Source: Octopus sinensis
Lineage: Eukaryota
Reading direction: 5' to 3'
Assembly (NCBI RefSeq): GCF_006345805.1
Contig: NC_043011.1
Coordinates: forward strand, 43,040,464-43,104,463
Length of the DNA stretch: 64,000 nucleotides
Below the pieces are notes generated by a model. That model ran no database searches. It was not told the DNA's origin and was given only the letters and a program-made list of their open reading frames with translations. A program made the translations under genes and the position numbers. Shown here in pieces: positions 30,221 to 40,678 of this stretch. The number at the start of each line of letters is the position of its first letter. Within the stretch, counting starts at the first letter, position 1.

Positions 30221-30954
30221 TGGCACAAATATATCTTATTGATTCATTAAAACGAATAATCTTTGGTGTATGCCATTGTACATGGCATGCTTAATGCAGA
30301 TATTGCAAAATACGTTTGTGTGTGCGCGTGTATGTGTGTGTGTGTGTGTGTGCGTGTGCACGAGTGTGTGTGTGTGCGCGCAGATCTGCGCGTGCGCGTA
30401 CATGTGTGTTTACAGCGATGGTCAGCGATGTGAAAGTAAATACAATTGCTGTCAAAAACATTATCTGCCGATTCAGCAAATACTTCGTTCGGTTATATAC
30501 TATTTCTTTTGACAGCGCCCTTTGTAGGGGCGTATTTGTATATGTGTATATCTACGTACACACACACACACACCACACACATACACACACACACACATAC
30601 ACACACACACACACACATTCACACACAAATATGGATCTCTATGTGTGCAAGTAAGCCTGTATGTGTATAAGCCTGTATCTCTCTCTATATATGCCAGTTT
30701 TATGTATGTATTTGGCTGGTGTATGTATTAATACACCTGTGTATACCTGTGCATACCTAGTGTATGTATGCTTAGGTTTATTCTGAAGCATGTAAGCTTC
30801 TAAGTAGGCATTTATGCAAAACTGTCTGCGTGTGTCGGTATAGGTAAATGTGTGTATTTGTAGCTAAGTTTGCCCGTTTCTCTGTATATGACTATGGTGT
30901 ATATCTGCATGTGTGTATGTTTCTATTTCTCTAAGTCTATGTACATGGTTTGTT

Positions 30955-31269
30955 GAAAGCGCGTGGCTTAGAGGCTAGGACACTCGGCTCACGATCATAA
31001 AGTAGTGAGTTCGATCCCGCCGGCGCGTTGTGTCCTTGAGCAAGAGACACTTTATTTCGCGTTGCTTCTTTCAACTCAGCTGGTAAAAAAGATTTGTACC
31101 TGTATTTCAAAGGCCCAGCCTTGTCACATTCTGTGTCACACGAAAAATCTCCCTGAGAACTACATTAAGGGTAAATGAGTCTGTGGAGTACTCAGCCACT
31201 TGCACGTTAATTTTATGAGCACGTTAATTTTATGACCGGAATACATGTCGTTATAACCGACGGAGAGCC
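30955..31269 (+). mobile_element. Hybrid SINE: family D-type head/CORE + family C-type tail
   Basis: GTGTCCTTGAGCAAGAGACACTTTATTTC...CAACTCAGCTG as in D, then GTACCTGTATTTCAAAGG...AACCGACGGAG as in C. Confidence 0.8.
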
Positions 31270-31355
31270 AGTTATGTATAAGCATTTGTATATACGCTGC
31301 TATGTGTCTGTGTATGATATGTCATGGGATCTCTCGTTGATTTTAACATAAGAGG

Positions 31356-31552
31356 TACTAGCGTAGCTTGTTTGTGTGTGTTTTGGGGGTCAGGATTCAG
31401 CATGAGTGTGATCCGCCCAGGGACACGCATTTATGGGGTTCAACAGTTTTCGGTCTGCTGTATAAACCTTTATAGACTTGGGGGGCCGGAAGGAGGAGTG
31501 ACGGAAACCTCAGAGACTACCCTGGGTGGCACACACTCTAGCTATGTCACTG
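31356..31552. mobile_element. Putative decayed hAT-type MITE
   Basis: Ends TACTAGCGTAGCT and TAGCTATGTCACTG resemble CAGTGGCGTAGCTA-type TIRs; TSD not clean. Confidence 0.3.
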
Positions 31553-31686
31553 AAATAAGGGACAAAATATTCGGTTAGCTGGATGACCAACTAATTGATG
31601 TGGCTGAGTATTTCGCATACACAGTGCTGGATTAACCACTAAGCAAAATAAACACGAGCTTAGGGCATCAATGGAAGTGGGGGGGA

Positions 31687-31897
31687 CATTATTTACATTA
31701 TTTACATTTGAAGGATATTTGTCATCTTGTTTGTTCTTAACACAACTTTCGGCTAATATACCCTCCAGCCTTCATCAGGTGTTTTGTGGAAATTTCTTAC
31801 CGGGGTTCTCATTCCTAAGGTATTTTTCGATGTTGTTGTTGTTATAATAATAATTATAATAATATGATAATAAAATAATAATAATAATAAAATAATA

Positions 31898-31929
<32 letters not shown>

Positions 31930-31968
31930 TGTCTGGTTAGTAGCCCGCGATCTTAACCACTGTTCCGC

Positions 31969-31975
<7 letters not shown>
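31687..31975 (-). mobile_element. SINE family E: partial tRNA-like head + (TAA)n linker + hammerhead-containing 3' domain + (TAAATAATG)n tail
   Basis: Minus strand: GCGGAACAGTGGTTAAGATCGCGGGCTACTAACC (A-box/anticodon-arm-like; no B box in this copy), AAT repeats, body with the hammerhead at 31739-31783, and a 9-bp tandem tail at 31687-31708. Confidence 0.6.
31739..31783 (-). ncRNA. Hammerhead-ribozyme-like motif inside SINE family E
   Basis: AACAC-CTGATGA-A-GGCTG-(10 nt)-TAGCC-GAAA-GTT-GTGTT: 5-bp helix I, intact CUGAUGA and GAAA boxes, 5-bp helix II. C15.2 is absent. Confidence 0.65.
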
Positions 31976-32001
<26 letters not shown>

Positions 32002-32038
32002 ATATATATATTAATATATGCGGAACAGTGGTTAAGAT
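31950..32038. repeat. Perfect 25-bp inverted repeat around a (TA)n spacer
   Basis: ATCTTAACCACTGTTCCGCATATAT / ATATATGCGGAACAGTGGTTAAGAT. Confidence 0.95.
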
Positions 32039-32322
32039 AAGGATTAAAAAATAAGGATTCAAATAGAATCAGGTACTTGAAAAGATATGCACCAGGCAGG
32101 GGTTTTGATAAGCCTGTGGTCGGTAAGTATCAAATAGGATATTCCGGTTGTGTACACAGAGAAAACCAATCCTATGAGTATTTAGCGCCTAGAAGAGTGC
32201 TACAACGCACGCGTTACGTTGAATTGTACACTGTTGGTGTACTCTAGGGAGGTCAACAAATTGTAAATCTTCTTAGTGTATTATAATCAAATGAATAATA
32301 ACAGACGATGGATAATTGTCAG

Positions 32323-32388
32323 CTCATTACAGCTGTTTCATACGCATTTTTTAATAGAAGGAGAACATTACCATAATCATCAGATGAA
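32323..32388 (-). ncRNA. Hammerhead-ribozyme-like motif with palindromic helix III
   Basis: TTCAT-CTGATGA-(37 nt; 4-bp stem after a U.U pair)-GAAA-CAGCTG-TA-ATGAG: helix I TTCAT/ATGAG, palindrome ACAGCTGT, GUA triplet. Confidence 0.55.
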
Positions 32389-32536
32389 ACGTAATTTTAC
32401 CCGTTGAAGTCTGTCGAGGCTAAATATGAACATTTTCAAAGTTAGCCTCGACACGACAGACTTCAGCCACGTTCCTGCTATATTTTGGGAATATTCTTTT
32501 GTTTATAAAATTATGTTTCATCTGATGGTTATGGTA
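32369..32536. repeat. Nested inverted repeat (31-bp outer arms, 19/24-bp inner arms), TA-flanked
   Basis: 32369-32399 vs 32506-32536 pair at 29/31; 32405-32423 vs 32442-32465 pair perfectly apart from a 5-bp duplication. Confidence 0.9.
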
Positions 32537-32548
32537 TATATATATATA

Positions 32549-32770
32549 TTGCTCCAGTTCACTCAGCTGTAGAAATGAGTTGCTCGTCACAGGTGCCAAG
32601 CTGTATCGACCTTTGTCTTTCCCTTGGATAACACTGGTGGCGTGGAGAGGGGAGGCCGGTATGCATGGGCGACTACTGGTCTTCCATAAAACAACCTTGC
32701 CCAGACTTGTGCCTCAGAGGGTAACTCTCTAGGTGCAAACCCATGGTCACTCATGACCGAAGGGGGTCTT
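32549..32770 (+). mobile_element. SINE family D, 5'-truncated
   Basis: Collinear with the 3' two-thirds of 50703-51045. Confidence 0.85.
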
Positions 32771-32771
32771 A

Positions 32772-32828
<57 letters not shown>

Positions 32829-34262
32829 TGTGTGTATGTATGTCTTACTCTCTAACAGTCTGTTTGATTGTCTGTCTATCTTTTATTCTCCTTCTCTAAC
32901 TTCCTTTTTGCCCGTCTCTCTATGTAGTTACCTATCAACATGCCTTTCTATCCCTTTGTATATCAATTCATGTGTATGCCTACGTGGTTATATGTGTACG
33001 TGTTTGTCTTTTGTGTGTGTGTATGTGTGTGTGCGTGGCTGTGTGTATATATGTGTGAATGTTCTATGACACACTTCCAATTATTCTTTAAGTGATAAGT
33101 TGAAATGTACTCTTTAAAGTTCACCGGAATTAATTGCATCATATACATACACAAATACATAAGTACGCGTAAGACTATTTTATGTATGAGCATATGCAGG
33201 CAATAGTATACATATGAATGTATTTGTACATGTGTGCACGTGTGCGTGTATAGTGGATGGGTGGGGGAGAATAGGGTTTGTTAAACGATGCATCTCCATC
33301 TTGTATTAGTTTCTCTAATGACGCGGTGATATGATCCGAACAAGCCTTAAGATGGCAGCTCTGTGGTATTCGCCATATTGAATCACGACAACCTGTTATA
33401 GATATTAAAGCGAACAAAAATACTTTGTTGTCATAACATCCACAATATTAACATTTGATACAGCCAACACACGTTTTTGTTTTTATTGCTGTTGTTGTAA
33501 TTGCTGCTGCTGCTGCTGCTGCTGCTTCCTCTGCCGTTGTTTATGCTTGTTCAATTTAAGGGTATTGCAATTGTTGCTGTTATTGTTGTATTTGCTAGTT
33601 TTATCTCGATGTGTTCCTATAGATGCTATTGTTTGTTTTGTTGTTGTTGTTGTTCTTGCTGATGTCATTGCTATGCATTTAATACATTTTTTTTTATTAA
33701 TAAATTACAACAGAGTTCTTTCTTATAATCCTAATCGCAGAAGCCAACGAAGAAACGCCTCCAGGCTGTGACCGTTCTATCTTCTGTCTCCCTCAATTCC
33801 CCTCCCACTCGCTTACTCTACTTTTTCTCTTCTTTTTCTTTGTTGACATAAATATATCTGGGATTAACTTCCATTATGGTTATTTTGGAATTTGATACGA
33901 TGTGCTTTCAGAAACGGGATTTGGCTGCTATTTCTAGCTATCTATTCGAGTAACTTCTTAGACGTTTCCCCTTTGTTATTGTTGCAATTGTGATTATTAA
34001 TAATGAGCTTTCTCTTATCGCCACTGTTACTTTTGTTTTTTGCTGTTAAATTTTACTGTTATTCATATTTCTAAGGTGGTTACTACTTTTGTCGTTGTTG
34101 TTTTTGAGAACCACATAAATCCGAGTGGACATGATACTGGAAGACCAATGGAGATATTGGCAATCTCGGCCATGACACTTAACTCTCAATAGCCCAGTTC
34201 ATTTAGCCGTAAATAGTGACGAAACATAAATGTCGTTGGTGTTTCTGGGTTTTATTGTTTTT

Positions 34263-34495
34263 AGGCGGCGAGCTGGCAGACACGTTAGCGCGCCGGGCGG
34301 AATGCTTAGCGGTATTTCGTCTGTCGTTACGTTCTGAGTTCAAATTCCGCCGAGGTCGACTTTGCCTTTCATCCTTTCGGGGTCGATAAATAAAAGTATC
34401 AGTTTCGCTCTGGGGTCGATGTAATCGACTTAATCCCTTTGTCTGTCCTTGTTTGTCCTCTCTATGTTTAGCCCCTTGTGGGCAATAAAGAAATA
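34263..34495 (+). mobile_element. SINE family A monomer, little diverged
   Basis: Near-consensus head, body and LINE-like tail ending AATAAAGAAATA. Confidence 0.9.
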
Positions 34496-34525
34496 TATTT
34501 TGTCACTGTTTTTAATTTCAAAATT

Positions 34526-34752
34526 GGCATGGCTGTGTGGTAAGAAGTTTTACTCGCAAATACATGATTCCGGGTTCAGTCCCACTTAATGCATTTAATG
34601 GTACCTTGGGCAGTTTCCGTCTACCAGATCCACTTACAAGGCTTTGGTCAAACCGAGGCTGTAGTAGAAGACACCTGCGCAAGATGCCACGCCGTGGGAC
34701 TGAAACTGCAACTATGTGTTTGCGAAGCAAACTTCTTATCACACACCCACGT
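34526..34752. mobile_element. Two family B heads joined in inverted orientation
   Basis: Plus head at 34526-34612 abuts a minus head+CORE at 34613-34752. Confidence 0.8.
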
Positions 34753-34950
34753 CTCGCCTGTGCTTTGACGGTAAACTTCGAAAATATCCTTTATACTGAA
34801 TATGTCGTTGTTATTGTTATTTCCTGCTACCGTTGTATATTTCGATGATTAGCCCCATCCAAGGCTGGATCGAATAAATTTATAGTCAAAGATTTCCAGA
34901 TGTGATCATAGCGTCATTGTTTGTATTTCCATACTTAGTATGCCTATGAC

Positions 34951-35085
34951 TACGGCCTACTACAACCTGCGGCCCGTGAGATTTGGCTCGACTAACAAAA
35001 AACTACCATGAAATATTTTAGCAGTGCGGCCTGCCTGATGATGAGTTATGTCTCATGCGGCCCGCTTCTCGAAAACGCTTACTTA
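34951..35085. mobile_element. Possible hAT-type MITE remnant
   Basis: CAACCTGCGGCCCG and two further TGCGGCC motifs, typical subterminal repeats; no clear second TIR. Confidence 0.25.
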
Positions 35086-35164
35086 TGATTGGTTTACAAT
35101 GTCATTCCGTTTTATTCTTACCATTATTATTAAAAATAATAACATGATAACGTCGTATATATGT

Positions 35165-35415
35165 ATATATATATGGATGTAAGTGTGTGTATATGTTTCT
35201 GTGTCTGTGTTTGTTTCCCCCAACATCGCTTGACAACCGATGTTGGTGTGTTTACGGCCCCGTAACTTAGCGGTTCGGCAAAAAGAGACCCATAGAATAA
35301 GTACTAGGCTTCCAAAGAATAAGTCCTGGGGGCGGTTTGCTCGACTAAAGGCGGTGCTCCAGCATGGCCGCAGTCAAATGACTGAAACAAGTAAAAGAGT
35401 AAAAGAGTAAAAAGA
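35165..35415 (+). mobile_element. SINE family B 3' half
   Basis: Starts in the microsatellite; ends GAAACAAGTAAAAGAGTAAAAGAG. Confidence 0.85.
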
Positions 35416-35939
35416 GAGTATGATATTCGAAGATTTGGCTAATATATTTAGCCCCTGGAATGACAACGTATAACTCTGTTTCCCCCCTCCTCTCTCCCTC
35501 TCTCTCTATCTATCTATCTCCCATAAACAGGATATTTAATTTGTTCGAAAGTTATAAGTACCTTAAATATTTAATTCCTAGAGATGTTCTTAACATCAGA
35601 TCCTGTACATCTTTGGTAGAATGGATTCCATAAAGATGGGATTTCAAGCAATATAAAAATCATTTCGTCGTTGGACATCACAACACAAATCACAACACAC
35701 ACCCTACCCTATCCAAAAATACAGTAAGTTTTATCGATTCCGCTATGTTAATGGCGATTTGTTTTATCGAAACTACACCCACGAAAATCCAACTGAAATA
35801 CAATAGTCACCGAACTCAAACTATAACGGAAAACAAGTAACATAACTAAATCTAGCGGCGTATCCAATTGTTATTCTAAAGTTTATATTACTTCACTCAT
35901 CTATCATGAAATAAGACACGGAGAAAAAATAGAAAAAAA

Positions 35940-36260
35940 AAACACATTAGTTATATATTGAATTACGAGTAATTGTTGATATTTACAGAAGAAAATGAAA
36001 ATGAATTCATTTCAATGACCCCGAGCAAAAGTTAATGACAGTTCCAAAAATTGGTGACAACTAAATTTGGTGAGATATTTTGTTCGCCGTAACTCGACCG
36101 TTTACAAATACACTGCTGTCCTCAATTAATTTAATATATAATGTATTTATATAGAAAAACACATACACTTACATACATGCATACAAGCATACATACATAC
36201 ACACATACATACATACATACACACATACATACATACATACATACACACATACATACATAC

Positions 36261-36291
<31 letters not shown>

Positions 36292-36595
36292 CATACATAC
36301 ATACATACATACATACATACATCCGTGTGTATGTATATACGATATACATGTGCATAAATATGTGTGTGTGTATATATATATATATTCATATATATATTAT
36401 GTGTGTTTGTGTTTGTGTATGTATGCATGTACGTATGTGTTTAGTAAGCGTTGATTGCATATATGTGTCTATCTCCAATTTTTGGAGATGCGATTAACTT
36501 TTTGCTCGGGTCATTAAGATGATTCACCTTCATTTTCTTGTGTAAACATTAACCATTATTCTTAATTTAATATATAATAAGTAATGTGCTTTCCA
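35940..36595. repeat. ~125-bp inverted repeat pair around a microsatellite; third copy at about 37795-37880
   Basis: GAAAATGAA...AATGACCC(C)GAGCAAAA...CCAAAAATTGG at 35940-36060, with the reverse complement at 36468-36595. Confidence 0.8.
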
Positions 36596-36677
36596 TTAAA
36601 AAACAAACAAAAAAATATTATTGTAGGGAGAGTGCAGCGATATAAACTTTAAGATGACTGCAATTTGAGGTTGGCAT

Positions 36678-37090
36678 CTTATTTCTTTATTGCCCAAAAG
36701 TGGCTAAACACAGAGGGGACAAACAAGGACAGACAAAGGGATTAAGTCGAATACATCGACCCCAGTGCGTAACTGGTACTTAATTTATCGACCCCGAAAG
36801 GATGAAAGGCAAAGTCGACCTCGGTGGAATTTGAACTCAGAACGTAACGGCAGACGAAATACCTATTTCTTTACTACTCACAAGGGGCTAAATACAGAGT
36901 GGACAAACAAGGACAGACAAACGGATTAAGTCGATTATATCGACCCCAGTGCGTGACTGGTACTTAATTTATCGACCCCGAAAGGATGAAAGGTAAAGTC
37001 GACCTCGGCGGAATTTGAACTCAGAGCGTAACGGCAGACGAAATATGGCTACGCATTTCGCCCGGCGTGCTAACGGTTCTGCCAGCTCGC
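36678..37090 (-). mobile_element. SINE family A composite with two LINE-like tails
   Basis: Junction at 36862/36863; both units carry the GGACAAACAAGGACAGACAAA tail. Confidence 0.9.
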
Positions 37091-37219
37091 ATCTATCGTG
37101 GTTAAGGAGTAGGATTTGCGATCTGCAATCGATGAAAAAGTCAGCAATTTATGTGGTGGATTCGATAAGATTAACTATAGACATGTTTACATACATAATG
37201 TGTGTGTATGTGTGTGTGA

Positions 37220-37435
37220 GGGCGGCGAGCTGACAATCGTTAGCACGGCGGGCAAAATGCTTATCGGCATTACGTCCATCTTTACATTCTAGGTTCTAAT
37301 TCCGCCGGGGTAGATTTTACCCCCCATCCTTTTCGTGCCGATAAAACAAGTACCTGCTAAGCACTTGGGTCGTTGTAATCGACATCAGCCCCTCCTCTAA
37401 AATTACTGGCCTTATGCCAAGATCTGAAACCAATA
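37220..37435 (+). mobile_element. SINE family A, old-tail monomer
   Basis: GGCGGCGAGCTGACAATCGTTAG...CCCCTCCTCTAAAATTACTGGCCTTATGCC. Confidence 0.8.
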
Positions 37436-37508
37436 ACCAATATGTATGTATATATATATTCATGTATGTATGTATGTATATATGTATGTTTGTATGTATG
37501 CCTATATG

Positions 37509-37569
<61 letters not shown>

Positions 37570-38104
37570 GAGAGAGAGAGAAGAGAGAGAGAGAGGGAGA
37601 GAGTGATAGAAAGAGAGAGGGAGAGAGAGACAGAAAGAGAGAGAGGGAGAGAGAGAAAGAAACAGTGAGAAAGAGAGAGAGAGAAACATGTGTGTGCGTA
37701 GTCACATAAATGCATATATATATATGTGTATGTATGTATGTATGTATGTATGTATGCATTTATGTATATATTACACTCACAAATTATCGCTAATATTATT
37801 TACACAATGAAAATGAAGATAAATTCATCTAAGTGACCTGAGCAATGAGTTAATCTCATCACGTAAAATTGGTTCTTAATTAAGTTTCGACATAATACTA
37901 TACATCAATGGTATAAACCAGGAATATCTGATTGCAGATTCGACTGTTTACTGTTGAATACAAACTGTCTTCTTTTGACCATCAGTTTTGACATGTTATC
38001 CACTTGTTATTAATGGTATTGATTTCTTCTATTCATGTAGGGTCAGGTCACACATCAATTTTTTCTGTTTTGTTTATTATTGTTTTAATGGAACACCGGA
38101 AAGA

Positions 38105-38385
38105 CGTGTATTCAGTTGAATCAGTCTCAGTACTTGGCAGGTACTTATTATATTAATTAAACGGCTAAGTCTACCTCGTCGGGATTTTAAACTCAGTGTT
38201 AAAGGGACATGATAAAATATCGAATAGGCAGAAAGCCACAACTTGCCTTTGGTGCTTGGATAAGGGCGACAGCTTCGATTACCTTTACTCTGCTTATTGG
38301 GTATTGTAATTTTATCGACCCTGGAAGAAATCAAAAGTGAATGCAAATCAGGCGGGATTTGAACTCAAAACATAAATCGACGTAA
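38105..38385 (-). mobile_element. Degenerate family A units
   Basis: ATTTTATCGACCCTGGAAG and GGGATTTGAACTC remnants. Confidence 0.5.
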
Positions 38386-38559
38386 ATAAATCTTTTATCT
38401 TTTAGTTGTTTTAGTTATTGGACTGCGACCTACCTGGGGCACATCCTTGATGGCTTTAATCGAAAAAAATCGACCCCAGTAATTATCTATCAAAATGTCG
38501 GCAAAAAGAGACAAATTAAATAATCAAGCAATTTATTTTCACGAGATTGCAAAGTTATG

Positions 38560-38815
38560 AGGGAGGTAAACAAACCAACACTGGTTTTCAAGCAGTAAAC
38601 GTGGAACATACACAAACACGCGCGCGCACACACACACACACGCACGCACATACATATATGCGATGGGCTTCACACAGTTTCCGTCTACAAAATTCACCCA
38701 CTTGCCATTAGTCGGCTCGGAACTGTAGTAGGCGACATTTGGCCAAGATTCCACGCTGTGTGACTGAGAATTCGAAACTACGTCGTTGCAAAGCGAGCTT
38801 CTTAACCTCACATCG
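38560..38815 (-). mobile_element. Degenerate SINE family B
   Basis: GGGCTT...CAGTTTCCGTCTAC remnant with a CA tract. Confidence 0.55.
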
Positions 38816-40390
38816 ATGTCTCTCCGTCATTCTACGGATTCTCCTAATTCACGATACAAACGTTATTAACTACTGATTGGCATTTTGTGTCACTTACTAC
38901 CGCTTTTTTCCACGAAATCACAATAGGCCTAATAGCGCTCATACTATTGTAGCTGTGTTGCGATGGCTATTTTGAGAATATGCCAAGATTGTCCTATTCT
39001 TAACATCTCTTTGAATAGATTTCTTAGAAATGGTTTTAAAATAAGATAATTATGATTATTAGCTTTGGGACAAAGGCCTCACATTTGCAGAAAGGAAGTT
39101 TAATTCACTGAATCGACCTCTGAACATTACTGGTAAGGCTGTGAACTGGATGATATGTCAGAATGTAAGATCGAATGCTTCTGAGTTCAAATTTCGCCGA
39201 GGTCAACTTCATCATTCATTTACTTCTTTTTTTTTTTTTTTTGACTCCATAGAATAGTACCATTCTAGGCGATAGATTAGCGGAACTGTGAAATTTTGGA
39301 TAAGATGTCTTCCAGTATTTGTTCCGGTCGTTTACGTTCTGACCGCAATGCCGGCAATGATTCTGATTCCAAAATGTCAGGGTCGCGGTGGTTTTCGCTT
39401 TGATGATATCTGCAGCGTGGAGGAGAAACATTTCTATGCTTGGGCTACTGCCAGTCTTCAGTCCTCTCCTCCATAAATAATAATAATAAAAAAAAAATTC
39501 CCATTGCCGAGGTATTTGCATACAGGTAGGGATCCCTCATGAACTCTCACCAACGGAAACCCCAATCCGTTACTTACTAGTACTGGCTTTATTGGTGGCA
39601 GGGAGACGAAAAGCAAAGTCAAAATAAGGTTGTAGATGCAAGCAAACTTAAAGGTACATAATAAAATCTATTAATGTTATGACTCATTTTGTTGTTTAGC
39701 TAGCTTCTAGTTACACTAATAGGACAAAGACTTAAGATCAAAGATATTCCAGCCGTGATGATCGACTTTTTCGTTTTCCATATGAAACGGAAAATAAGGC
39801 TGGAGAAGACATGCCTGTCGCAAAGTGTGTTTCGTAAAAGATGGAAATCTATAGCAAGTATGTTGTGAGTGAAAGAACCTGTCTAAACGTGAATATAAAA
39901 AGGAGAAAGCAAAGTCTTCAGCGTGAGTATGTGGTTTGTGGGGTAAATCACTCATTCTCATTTAATTGTATATATTTTAATTGTTTGTTTATTCATATGT
40001 TTCATCTCATTCGGTACCCTGACCCCCAACGTTTGTTTTATCTGTCCTCGTATCGTCCCCTACTTTTTCTCAACCTCATGGTTAATAAGGAAATGGGCCT
40101 TAGCTATAAAACGGACACAAACATTTTCTACTTCACTACCTGCCTCAACCCCTACAAACTAGAAGAACAGTGCTGGTATCTACTTTTCTCTTTGAATCCC
40201 TTTCATTGTATTTTTTATGTTATCTTCCTTTACCTCCTCCTCTCTCTTTATTTACCCTTATATATTTATTTACTTATCTTCTTGTTTAATTTTGTACATT
40301 ATATTTTTATATACCTTATACATCCTCATACCAATCCTTGCATTCCTCCTCCGTTCTCTGTACCCCAAGCTTCCCTACAAATACCTTTCT

Positions 40391-40631
40391 CTCTTTACTC
40401 TTTTACTCTTTTACTTGTTTCAGCCATTTGACTGCGGCCATGCTGGAGCACCGCCTTTAATCGAGCAACTCGAACCCGGGACTTATTCTTTTGTAAGCCC
40501 AGTACTTATTCTGTCGGTCTCTTTTGCCGAACCGCTAAGTAACGGTGACATAAACACACCAGCATCGGTTGTCAAGCAATGCTAGGGGGACAAACACAGA
40601 CACACACAAACACACACACACACACACACAG

Positions 40632-40678
<47 letters not shown>

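Noticed and set aside
31622-31685. Single hAT-like end CAGTGCTGGATTAACC
   Set aside because: No partner TIR; interrupted by SINE family E; too short to call.
40086-40115. Hammerhead-like AAGGA-A-ATGGG...AAAACG
   Set aside because: Both core boxes are broken; cannot be distinguished from chance.
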